A program made the translations under genes and the position numbers. DNA of 34,301 bases, from IMG/VR virus record IMGVR_UViG_3300010011_000001, positions 1 through 34,301 of that record. One strand, given 5' to 3'. Position 1 is the stretch's first letter. Each line of letters opens with the position of its first letter. This DNA comes from a virus. Taxonomy: Duplodnaviria > Caudoviricetes. Shown here in pieces: positions 25,530 to 33,164 of the stretch. The notes under the pieces were generated by a model. That model searched no databases and was not told the DNA's origin. It saw only the letters and a program-made list of their open reading frames with translations.

Positions 25530-26944
25530 CAGTCTACCCCCTTCTGCCATTCCCAGTCTCCATGAAGGATGCTCACTACCTCGTCCCTCTCGTCCCTGTC
25601 GGCCATGCTGAAGACGGGCTTTTTCTCCTTGATCGGGTTCACCTTCTCGGCATGCCCGCTGAAGGTCATGGACGGGCCGTCGTAGAATATCCTGAAATAC
25701 TTGCCCGCTACGCCAAGCCTGTTTTTGAAAATGGCAGCCACAAGCCAAGGCTGAGTTGTGCCGCCGAAAGAAGAGCCCGCTCCCTTATCCATAAAAAGCT
25801 CGATGCCTACGTGGGCTATGTTGGTGATGGCTCCTCCTCCTCTGCCTCGGCCAAGCCCTACGTCTCCCTTGCTCTGAAGCAGTTTAGATACCTCGCTCAT
25901 CTGGTTTAAGATCATCCAAGTTACGTCGGGGAACTCGTTCTTCCACCGCCTCAAGTGCTCCTCCATTCGGCTGAGCTTCACGTAATCTGGGCTGTCCCGC
26001 TTGGTATCGACCTCCACGGCGGTGATGAAGTCCACGGCCACGAGCGACGGACGTTCGGCAGCTATGGCCTTGCGCATCTCGGGAGGGGTGCGGGTGCTGT
26101 CGTATATCTTAAGCAGCGGTTCGTATTCCTCTCGGATTTCGGCCTTCAGCTTCTCGTATGTGGGCCTGTCTTCTAAGAAGAGCATCCTTGCCCGCTGAGA
26201 GGAGATCATTGCCTTGGCCGCCATGAGACGGTCTTTGATCTCCTCGCCCGACATGTCGAGGGAAAAGAACAATACTTTTTTCTTGTTACGGCGGATGAAG
26301 TCCCTGATGGAATGAAGAAGCAGCGCCGTCTTCATGCTGCCCTGCGAGCCGACGATGTAGTAGATCTGGCCAGGGAGGATGCCTCCGTGGTAGCAGGCGT
26401 CTATCTCGTCTATGCCGAGCCTGTATGTGGGAGCACCGTCGGCCCACCTGCGCATCTCGGCCTCGTCGGACTCAAAATATCGAGACAAGCGCCCTTCAGT
26501 GCCTGACCTGTAAAGCGAGGCGTCGTCTATGTATGTTCGGGCTTGATCAAGGATTTCTGCCACGGGCACGGACAGGTCTTTGGCCATGGCGACCAGCCTG
26601 CTGCCCGTATCGGCGATCATGCGGCGGATGGCTGCCTCCTTTACCATGGACATGTAGCGGGGTAGGTTTGTGGCGGAACTACAGGCGTCGATGAACGAAG
26701 CGATGTCGTTTTGTGTTAGCCTAATCCCGCCGTCCCTGGCCGACTCGTCGATGATCACGACGGGATCGCATGCACGGCCCGTGCCGTAAAGGGATTGAAT
26801 TATCTCGAATGCCCTGCGTGTCCTCGTGTCGTAGAACTCGGACGGGTGCATGTTCTTGACGGCCGCATCAAGAAGCCCGTCGCCGATAAGGCATGCACCT
26901 ATCAGGGCACGTTCGGCATCAGGATTGCTCGTCATCGTCGGCAC
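25529..26944 (-). CDS. DnaB-like replicative helicase (divergent motifs)
   Basis: N-terminal AERALIGACL domain; Walker A GSQGSMKT, FFSLDMS, VAVDFI, LNQ, KNR.G. Confidence 0.85.
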   Translation of the reverse strand: MPTMTSNPDAERALIGACLIGDGLLDAAVKNMHPSEFYDTRTRRAFEIIQSLYGTGRACDPVVIIDESARDGGIRLTQNDIASFIDACSSATNLPRYMSMVKEAAIRRMIADTGSRLVAMAKDLSVPVAEILDQARTYIDDASLYRSGTEGRLSRYFESDEAEMRRWADGAPTYRLGIDEIDACYHGGILPGQIYYIVGSQGSMKTALLLHSIRDFIRRNKKKVLFFSLDMSGEEIKDRLMAAKAMISSQRARMLFLEDRPTYEKLKAEIREEYEPLLKIYDSTRTPPEMRKAIAAERPSLVAVDFITAVEVDTKRDSPDYVKLSRMEEHLRRWKNEFPDVTWMILNQMSEVSKLLQSKGDVGLGRGRGGGAITNIAHVGIELFMDKGAGSSFGGTTQPWLVAAIFKNRLGVAGKYFRIFYDGPSMTFSGHAEKVNPIKEKKPVFSMADRDERDEVVSILHGDWEWQKGVD

Positions 26945-27899
26945 GCTCCCATCGGATGGTCTCCTCGACCAACCCTAGGGCCTCAAGCTCCTCGATCGAG
27001 GGGGGTGAGGTGAAGTCCGTGGCGTTGATCCACGTGGCAGGATGCTTGAGGAAGCGAAGGTTGCCGTGCTCGGCCTTCTTCATCTCGGCCTCGGCGATGC
27101 GGGCGTTCATGTGGGCATCGAAGTTGGCCACGGGGAACTCCTTGAACTTGCCGAACTTGGCCACCCACGCACGGCGGGCCCTGTCTTTATCCACCTTGCG
27201 GGGTTCGGCCGACCAGTAGCGTTCGAAGTATTTTTCTAGTAGTTTTTTGTATTGCTCTTTAGGCTCTTTATCTCTAGAAGCCTTAGTATCTTTGTATATG
27301 CCTGTATTATTTTCTTTGCTTTTAGAGGGAAGATGATTTCCAGTCTCTCGCTCATCGAAAGATGAGCTATATAGAGTCTCTGTAGTATTCTCTGTAGTAA
27401 TCTCTGGTACTTTTATAATTTCCTTTGCAGGAATTATATCGGTAATTTCCTTTTTGGGAATTACAGGATAAATTCCTTTTAGGGCTTTATAGAGTAATTC
27501 CTCGTTTAAAATATACCATGTGATTCTGCCCCTATCCGTGTAATACCATACGTAAGCCTCGTCTTTTTTAATCGTGTTGCGCTTTTTCCCCATCTTAAAT
27601 CCTATAGTTCTAAGGGCAGTATCAAATACTTTCCCCGATATCCCAAGCTCCTCACACCAGCTGTCGCCTTCCTTGTATAGCTTGTTGGGCTTTTCTGGTT
27701 TGGTTCTGAATTTATAAAATCTTTCCCGTCCGTTCTTGTACCACCAATAAATGACCTGTTGTAATAGTATTGTGGCCACCACATTCCCGCCCGTCAATAC
27801 ATTAAGCTCTGGCCTATAAGGGATAATCTTCTTATCATTCGCGATTATCTGCACAATATCGACCATCCCGTCCCCATTTAACTCAAGCATTCTCTTCAC
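26919..27899 (-). CDS. phage replication initiator (lambda O-like position; wHTH N-terminus)
   Basis: IPYRPEL..LTG...ATILLQQ..YWW, FYKF, GDSW.EELG; low-complexity linker; C-terminal PRK..K..A..AW and HPATWIN; directly upstream of the helicase. The start may be the downstream MVDIV. Confidence 0.75.
   Translation of the reverse strand: MKRMLELNGDGMVDIVQIIANDKKIIPYRPELNVLTGGNVVATILLQQVIYWWYKNGRERFYKFRTKPEKPNKLYKEGDSWCEELGISGKVFDTALRTIGFKMGKKRNTIKKDEAYVWYYTDRGRITWYILNEELLYKALKGIYPVIPKKEITDIIPAKEIIKVPEITTENTTETLYSSSFDERETGNHLPSKSKENNTGIYKDTKASRDKEPKEQYKKLLEKYFERYWSAEPRKVDKDRARRAWVAKFGKFKEFPVANFDAHMNARIAEAEMKKAEHGNLRFLKHPATWINATDFTSPPSIEELEALGLVEETIRWERADDDEQS
27377..27506. repeat. iteron-like repeats inside the initiator gene (putative ori)
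   Basis: TAATTTCC-N5-GGAATTA at 27416 and 27443, with degenerate copies near 27469 and 27495; TCTCTGTAGTA x2; AT-rich. Confidence 0.55.
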
Positions 27900-28303
27900 C
27901 CCCTCGTGATTGCGTCAATTGCTTCAGGCACTGGCTCAACATACATTACGTTAGGGCACATGCACCCTATATCGGTTACCTCCGTTCTGAACTCAATAGT
28001 GATAAGCCCGGCATCTCTCAGCCTTTTCAATGCATCAATTGTTTGCCTCTTGGTAAGTCCGAATTTGTCGGCCAATTTCTGATAAGATACCTGCCACTTG
28101 TCGCCTTCAAATTTTTTTCTGTATATCACCTTGCCTGCTATCCTGTTTCTTTCCCTTATGGGAGTATAAACGGCTACAACCTCGGCAAGCAAAATAATGG
28201 CATTCATGTCTGGCTTGCCTGATTTAAATTTGATATACTTATACCAACTGTCTGGGATTATGATGCCGTCAAAAACTAACTCTACCGTATCACGCCCCTG
28301 CAT
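27896..28303 (-). CDS. second wHTH replication protein (DnaD/initiator N-terminal-like)
   Basis: F.G.IIP..WYK.I....GKPD..AI.LLAEVV, KKF.GD..Q.SY..LA.KFGL.K.Q...AL.RL...GLI..EFR; start after GGAGG (alternative start 28345). Confidence 0.7.
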   Translation of the reverse strand: MQGRDTVELVFDGIIIPDSWYKYIKFKSGKPDMNAIILLAEVVAVYTPIRERNRIAGKVIYRKKFEGDKWQVSYQKLADKFGLTKRQTIDALKRLRDAGLITIEFRTEVTDIGCMCPNVMYVEPVPEAIDAITRG

Positions 28304-28338
28304 TTTAATCGCCTCCTGCATTATTATATCTTTTTTAC

Positions 28339-28367
28339 TTGACATTGTCTTTGCTTAGCATTACCAT
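28339..28367 (+). promoter_or_regulatory. antisense sigma70-type promoter
   Basis: TTGACA(28339-44)-N17-TACCAT(28362-67); predicted +1 at G28374. Confidence 0.7.
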
Positions 28368-28393
28368 ATAATTGGATCAGCCCCATTGGACAT
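28361..28393 (-). CDS. putative leader mini-ORF MSNGADPIIW
   Basis: Strong SD GAGGAGGGATCAGA-ATG; its stop overlaps another ATG (TAATG). Confidence 0.4.
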   Translation of the reverse strand: MSNGADPIIW

Positions 28394-28438
28394 TCTGATC
28401 CCTCCTCTATGGGGGCGGGATAACCGCCCCCTAATTTT
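28374..28438 (+). ncRNA. putative ~65-nt antisense sRNA
   Basis: Upstream promoter; 5' hairpin GGATCAG/CTGATCC; single-stranded CTCCTCTAT; terminator GGGGGCGG-GATAA-CCGCCCCC-TAATTTT. Confidence 0.65.
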
Positions 28439-28444
28439 ATGTCC

Positions 28445-28651
28445 TCAGTCTATCCCGCTTGCCTTGGGCACGTCTATGCCCATATTCTCGAAGTACACGG
28501 CAAGGGCATTATTCACAAGGGCACATTTGCTTATCCCCCATTCCCTTGCGCATGTATCTACGGCTACATACAGGCCCACGTCAAGCCTGCAGTAGAAGGG
28601 CACGACGGGCGTGCCCCGCCTAGGGCGTCCCGGCCGTTTCTTCCTGCCCAT
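28445..28651 (-). CDS. ribbon-helix-helix (CopG/Arc-like) DNA-binding protein with AT-hook-like N-terminus
   Basis: RPGRPRR, then strand FYCRLD, helix LY..V...A...G.S, helix LVNNAL..Y. Confidence 0.65.
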   Translation of the reverse strand: MGRKKRPGRPRRGTPVVPFYCRLDVGLYVAVDTCAREWGISKCALVNNALAVYFENMGIDVPKASGID

Positions 28652-28850
28652 GGCCATCGCCTCGATCCAGGTCGCACCTGCGGATAAACTTCTTCCCGCC
28701 AACCAGTTTAGTTTCTATCCCGCAGGCATCAACGAATGCCTTCAGCTCCTCAAGCGATATGCCCAACATTTCTGCTGCGACATTCTCGGCCACTAATGGT
28801 TCGAGCTGGTTATACCTCTTTGTCTTGCCCTCAGTCTCCCTGTATTTCAT
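28620..28850 (-). CDS. small HTH DNA-binding protein (excisionase/HTH_17-like)
   Basis: LV....AAEMLGIS...L......GI....VGGKKFIRR.DL. Confidence 0.6.
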   Translation of the reverse strand: MKYRETEGKTKRYNQLEPLVAENVAAEMLGISLEELKAFVDACGIETKLVGGKKFIRRCDLDRGDGHGQEETAGTP

Positions 28851-29046
28851 CCCCATCCCCTCCTGTCTCATCGTAATAGGCCTGCAGTTCTTTGTTGTCG
28901 CAACCTGGCACGGGCCTGCCGGTTGCTCTGTACATAAGAATGATGTATTGCGAATATGCTGCCTTTCTGCCTCCCTTAGCAAGCCTCAATGCCTCGTCTG
29001 CAAATTTAGGAATAACTCTGTTAGTGTTTATCTTTTTCTTTGCCAT
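28831..29046 (-). CDS. hypothetical protein (71 aa)
   Basis: Starts MAKKKINT 2 nt after the upstream stop. Confidence 0.55.
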   Translation of the reverse strand: MAKKKINTNRVIPKFADEALRLAKGGRKAAYSQYIILMYRATGRPVPGCDNKELQAYYDETGGDGDEIQGD

Positions 29047-29048
29047 AT

Positions 29049-29228
29049 CTATCGCCCCTGCTTCTCTCTGAAACAATGGCAAGTCCTCTTGAGGTCGTCC
29101 TCCTCTACGCCCACAACCACCGCAACGCTCCTGTCCACATTCACCCAGTACGGCAGCGGAACAAAACAGTAGCCGTAACCGCTCTCGCTGGCTATTCGGC
29201 AGTACTCGCATTTCTTGCACAGTAACAT
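29049..29228 (-). CDS. small Cys-rich protein (59 aa, absent from the ORF track)
   Basis: SD GGGAGGG; MLLCKKCEYCRIASESGYGYCFVPLPYW...TCHCFREKQGR. Confidence 0.7.
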   Translation of the reverse strand: MLLCKKCEYCRIASESGYGYCFVPLPYWVNVDRSVAVVVGVEEDDLKRTCHCFREKQGR

Positions 29229-29229
29229 A

Positions 29230-29373
29230 TTAATCCCTCCCCTTTTCTTCTGGTTCGAATTTCTTGCAGCTCTTCCTTAGTTTGACAAGCACCTTCCCTG
29301 TCTTCCCGCATACCTTCCTCTCGACTATCGAATATTCCCTTTTAAGGTGCTTGCAGTTCTCGCAAATGCTCAT
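29230..29373 (-). CDS. small 4-Cys protein (47 aa)
   Basis: SD AAAGGAGG; MSICENCKHL...VC...SCKKF. Confidence 0.7.
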   Translation of the reverse strand: MSICENCKHLKREYSIVERKVCGKTGKVLVKLRKSCKKFEPEEKGRD

Positions 29374-29388
29374 GTTTGTGCCTCCTTT

Positions 29389-29411
29389 CAAGGGGGCTAC
29401 TAGCCCCCTTG
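29389..29411. other. intergenic hairpin
   Basis: CAAGGGGGCT-ACT-AGCCCCCTTG; no U-tract on the coding (minus) strand. Confidence 0.5.
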
Positions 29412-29417
29412 TCGTCT

Positions 29418-30332
29418 TTATCCTTCCTCTTCTCCTATTTCGCCCTTGAACTCCCACGGCAACGGTTCCTCTCCTGCCTCCATCTTCTTGAGGCGGTCGA
29501 TCAGCTGGCTTGCCTCGTTCTTTGTGAGGTCCTTGCTCGACTCCTTCCCGAACATTTGCTTAGCGATGGTTCTGGCCGTATCGGCATCAAAGCCGAGCTT
29601 GTCCATCATCACATGAAGCATCTTCAACTGGGCTGGCGTAACCCTGTCATCGCCTTCCTGCCTATCCTGCCTTGGTTCCTGTCTTTGCCGCCTGACGGGC
29701 TCACTATGTGCGACGGGCTGAGGTTCTGGCTCGTCGACAAAGTCCTCCAAGTCCTGCGTAACGATGCTAGATAAGCTTCCCACATGAAGGGCTGCGTCGA
29801 CGAGGGCACGTTTTTTGGCCATCTTTAAAACGGTATTGTCGAGCGTATAGGGATCGTCGTTAGGGACAAGGTATTCGACATATCTCCCGTACTTGCCCTC
29901 CTTCTCCCGCTTAGGCAACATGTTTTTGTCAAGTCCCTCGGGTAATCCCCTTTCCGACATCCACCGCCTTGCGTAGCGGGCCTCTTTTGTGTTGCATGAT
30001 CCGAGGCCCTCGGTGATAACCGTGTCGCCTCGCAGTACCCGGCATTTGACCTGATACTGAAAGAAGCCGTTTTGGAAGTCCCTTGTGGAGTCGATGATGT
30101 CGAATTCAGTGCGAAGGCCCATAAGCATCATCAGCTTCTCGGCTCCCGACTTAAACAGGATTGGCTTGTTTATCCCAGCAATCCGGCCATAATCCTGTCC
30201 TTCTTCGAGGGTGGACATGACGACGTGTTGAAATTGCTTGATCTTGTCCATTGTGCTTTTTACCTGAGCGATGTCGATATCCTCTATATAAGATTGTGTC
30301 CCCCTAACCGCCAGTTCCTTGCGCTCTTCCAT
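29418..30332 (-). CDS. putative single-strand annealing/recombination protein
   Basis: KP.LFKSGAEKL, EG.GSCN..E, NT.LKMA.KRA.VDA.L, TQDLED; C-terminal T.AQ...LTK.EAS.LID.L domain; near the exonuclease. Confidence 0.6.
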   Translation of the reverse strand: MEERKELAVRGTQSYIEDIDIAQVKSTMDKIKQFQHVVMSTLEEGQDYGRIAGINKPILFKSGAEKLMMLMGLRTEFDIIDSTRDFQNGFFQYQVKCRVLRGDTVITEGLGSCNTKEARYARRWMSERGLPEGLDKNMLPKREKEGKYGRYVEYLVPNDDPYTLDNTVLKMAKKRALVDAALHVGSLSSIVTQDLEDFVDEPEPQPVAHSEPVRRQRQEPRQDRQEGDDRVTPAQLKMLHVMMDKLGFDADTARTIAKQMFGKESSKDLTKNEASQLIDRLKKMEAGEEPLPWEFKGEIGEEEG

Positions 30333-30335
30333 TAC

Positions 30336-30773
30336 TTATCCCTCCTTATTTGCTGTTTCTTTATCCCAATTACGTATTTTGTCTAAATCTCCCTCTTCAA
30401 CGATTTCCCCCCAATTTAAAGCTCCTTCCCATTCTCCAAATTCTAAAACTAAATATTTATCATCAACGGGCTCGTCATTAATAGACATGATTTTGTAAAG
30501 ACGGCCGTGATTGAAACAATAACGATAACACCATCCAAAATTCCAATTCCATCTGTCCAAATCTTCAACGGACTTTACGTCTACTGTTATAGATATTCGG
30601 TACTGGACATCTTTTTTGGCCCAAATCTCCCGCAATTCTGAACCATCCCAATATTGATATACATCCGATATTTCTTCAGAATTGGGCAATGGTTTCTCGG
30701 CAATATCTTCTGGATTAATGACCACATATAGATCCTCGTTATATAATTTCCATAACTCTGCCTTAGATACCAT
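30336..30773 (-). CDS. AT-rich acidic hypothetical protein (YWDGS family, paralog of 33159-33602)
   Basis: Starts MVSKAELW after GAGGAGG; shares motifs with 33159-33602. Confidence 0.7.
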   Translation of the reverse strand: MVSKAELWKLYNEDLYVVINPEDIAEKPLPNSEEISDVYQYWDGSELREIWAKKDVQYRISITVDVKSVEDLDRWNWNFGWCYRYCFNHGRLYKIMSINDEPVDDKYLVLEFGEWEGALNWGEIVEEGDLDKIRNWDKETANKEG

Positions 30774-30774
30774 T

Positions 30775-31734
30775 TCAATCCTTCCTCCTCTTAATGTACC
30801 AGCGGACGTAGTCTTTTCTCTCATACTCGACCTTCCCGCCTGGTACAAGCGTCCTCTTTATTTCCCACTGCCCGAAGGCAAGTTTATCGGCCTTCTCCTG
30901 CTCAAAGATTGCGTTTAGCCTTTCCTCGATCTCCTGCATCTCCTCGGTCAGCGCCTTCACCTCAAAGTTAAGCTTGTTGCGTTTATCCTGCAATTCCACG
31001 TATCGCTCAACTAAATCAAGGCCAACCGATGCGGGCTTTGCAGGCTCCTCCTCCACGGTCTCCCAGCACAATTCACGGTAAGGGCATTCGACGTCGTAAA
31101 AGGCGGTCGATGATTTGCAGGGATAATGGTCAGGCGAGCGCCCTTCCTGATCGGGAATGACGTGGTTATCCACGCACTGCATGATCCAGAGCAACCTGTC
31201 CTCGAGTTCCTGCCCAGCCACTGGGTCGTAGTAGACCGGGATTACGACGGGGGCCATTGTCTCGGGGTCGAACATGGTCTCCCTGAAGAAGTAGACTATC
31301 TCGCCTGTCGGGTCGGCGCCTAGGTATTTCTTGTTGAGGTGAAGACGCAACATAAGTTGCTTGAAGTGTTCATCTTTGGGCAGGCCGTATTTCTTGGCCT
31401 TCACGGAGATTGACTTCACCTCTATGTCCCGTTGGAGAGAGGGCACCCATATGTCGCAATGCGCTTTCACGCCATATGGGGTCTCAATCTCAAATTGGGG
31501 AATTGCATCATCGAATTCCTGCGCATAAAGGAGCGCAAGGTTTTCCTCGATGATGTGGCCGAGGTAAGCGACGCCCTGCAGGGCCTTCATGGCATCGGGA
31601 TTGCCCTCGTAGCCGAGGACACGGTAGACCTCCTGACGGGCGCAGTGGCCGATTGCTGACGGGCGAATTTCGGTAGGGTCGAACTGCCCGTGCCTGCGGT
31701 TTAACTCTTTCGCAATGATCTCAAAAGTCTTCAT
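30775..31734 (-). CDS. Cas4-like PD-(D/E)XK exonuclease with Fe-S cysteines
   Basis: RPSAIGHCARQ, G...E, HCD...IEVKS, Q, C....ECPY..LCW; C-terminal coiled coil. Confidence 0.8.
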   Translation of the reverse strand: MKTFEIIAKELNRRHGQFDPTEIRPSAIGHCARQEVYRVLGYEGNPDAMKALQGVAYLGHIIEENLALLYAQEFDDAIPQFEIETPYGVKAHCDIWVPSLQRDIEVKSISVKAKKYGLPKDEHFKQLMLRLHLNKKYLGADPTGEIVYFFRETMFDPETMAPVVIPVYYDPVAGQELEDRLLWIMQCVDNHVIPDQEGRSPDHYPCKSSTAFYDVECPYRELCWETVEEEPAKPASVGLDLVERYVELQDKRNKLNFEVKALTEEMQEIEERLNAIFEQEKADKLAFGQWEIKRTLVPGGKVEYERKDYVRWYIKRRKD

Positions 31735-31939
31735 CGATGATCCCTCCTATTGTTGATGTAATTAGTCCCTCATTGGCCATGGCACGGATGAGGCTATATA
31801 TTGCGTCCATGTCTGTCCTGCCGATGGCCGTGATCCTTTCGGGTCGTTCGTCGTCGTCGGATATGAACTCGGCGACGGACGACCCCGTTTCGGAATGCCA
31901 AACGGAAAGCTCACCGTACAGTATCCTGTAATGTTTCAT
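31721..31939 (-). CDS. hypothetical protein (72 aa)
   Basis: SD GGAGGAGGG before MKHYRIL; ATGA overlap. Confidence 0.6.
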   Translation of the reverse strand: MKHYRILYGELSVWHSETGSSVAEFISDDDERPERITAIGRTDMDAIYSLIRAMANEGLITSTIGGIIDEDF

Positions 31940-32145
31940 ATTCCCTCCTCCTCCGTGATGATCGTATCTTCCAGTTGCTCCCTCGTGAACGATTCCGTCC
32001 ATCCGCCGTTCACGCTCTTGAACATATGTAGCACGGTTCTTTTCGTGTAGAACGGGCCCATGTAGTAGGCGTTAAATGTATCGCCCTCTTTTTTGCTCCT
32101 CCTGATCTTGTAGACGTGCCCCTCCTGCAGCATTCTTAATATCAT
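31936..32145 (-). CDS. hypothetical protein (69 aa)
   Basis: Coupled to both neighbouring genes by ATGA overlaps. Confidence 0.65.
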   Translation of the reverse strand: MILRMLQEGHVYKIRRSKKEGDTFNAYYMGPFYTKRTVLHMFKSVNGGWTESFTREQLEDTIITEEEGI

Positions 32146-32477
32146 TCTTCTTCTCCCTCCTTCAATTGTTTCATGATGCCTCTAAGGATCCGATTAAACT
32201 CCTTGCCTCTTGCCTTCTCCTTTTCCTTCCTGATCCTCTCCTCCTCCTTTCGCCTGGCCTCCTCCTCGGCCTCCCTCTTCTGGCGTTCGATCTTCTCGAT
32301 CAGCGCCTCGCACGCAGCCCCAAGCAGATCGTCCTTATCGAGTCCGCTCGCCTCGAGGGCCTTGCGGAAGAGGAGAAAATCCTCCCTGCGATTTATTTGA
32401 AACATGATGAATTTGAGATATTGAGGCTTTAGCTCCCGCTTGGGCTGCGCCCTTTTCGTATATTTCCGCATGGGCAT
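32142..32477 (-). CDS. hypothetical protein, possible RHH-like N-terminus plus coiled coil
   Basis: TGATG coupling to the upstream peptide; charged helical C-terminus. Confidence 0.6.
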   Translation of the reverse strand: MPMRKYTKRAQPKRELKPQYLKFIMFQINRREDFLLFRKALEASGLDKDDLLGAACEALIEKIERQKREAEEEARRKEEERIRKEKEKARGKEFNRILRGIMKQLKEGEEE

Positions 32478-32563
32478 CACATCCTAGAGAAAAGATATGC
32501 AATTAGGGCAATAATAGCCCATCGTGCAATGCATTCGATTGTCTCCCTTGATTCCTCTTTCAT
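32477..32563 (-). CDS. small hydrophobic peptide (28 aa, absent from the ORF track)
   Basis: SD GGAGGTG; MKEESRETIECIARWAIIALIAYLFSRM. Confidence 0.55.
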   Translation of the reverse strand: MKEESRETIECIARWAIIALIAYLFSRM

Positions 32564-32587
32564 GATGCACCTCCGCTGTTTATTATT

Positions 32588-32624
32588 AAACAAAAAGGCC
32601 ACCTGCAATTTCTGCAAGTGGCCT
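32588..32624 (-). terminator. intrinsic terminator after the first two early genes
   Basis: Minus strand AGGCCACTTGCA-GAAAT-TGCAGGTGGCCT followed by TTTTGTTT. Confidence 0.75.
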
Positions 32625-32662
32625 CGTGCCCGAGCCATGAGGCGTGGGCGTGAGGGAATGGG

Positions 32663-33094
32663 CTACGTGATTGCGTAGTGAGGGCTACGACAGTGGTAGC
32701 AAGTAGCCTTACCCTTAGCAGCCTCGATGGCCTCCAACAGGTTGTCTGTTGGTTCGATATCCCATTCCCCTCGGCTGAATTCATGAAGCACCTCAAATTC
32801 AGCCGTTTTATTTTCTGGGTCGCTAAGATCTATCGAGGTAATGCGGTAGACCCTAATTGTGAAGTCCCGCCTGTGATGGTAGGCCTTAACGACAATATAT
32901 CCTGGCTTTACGATGAACAAGGCATGTTGCCTACCGGCCAAGTGGCCGGCCCGCCTCACATATATTGGGGCCAATCTTTCGCCATTGGGGCCAGCCACTA
33001 TGATGGCCCATCCCGTGTTACTTAATCCTCCGCCTTCTTCCCAAAGGGCCGGGTGGCCCTTCTTGGTAAAAGTAAGCTCGATATTATGGATCAT
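32663..33094 (-). CDS. hypothetical protein with C-terminal CYHC..PH
   Basis: SD AAAGGAGGG; ALWE.GGG.SNTG and GHLA...HALF motifs. Confidence 0.75.
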   Translation of the reverse strand: MIHNIELTFTKKGHPALWEEGGGLSNTGWAIIVAGPNGERLAPIYVRRAGHLAGRQHALFIVKPGYIVVKAYHHRRDFTIRVYRITSIDLSDPENKTAEFEVLHEFSRGEWDIEPTDNLLEAIEAAKGKATCYHCRSPHYAIT

Positions 33095-33126
33095 TCATAA
33101 TCCCTCCTTTTATTTCTATGCTATTC

Positions 33127-33164
33127 GCTTAAGGAGTTTCCACGTAAAAGGCAACTCCTTAAGC
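33127..33164. other. 12-bp perfect inverted repeat over the stop codon of the first early gene
   Basis: GCTTAAGGAGTT-N14-AACTCCTTAAGC. Confidence 0.6.

Noticed and set aside
28620-28850. Excisionase implying an integrating prophage
   Set aside because: The HTH is generic; no integrase, att-like duplication or host genes appear in the window.
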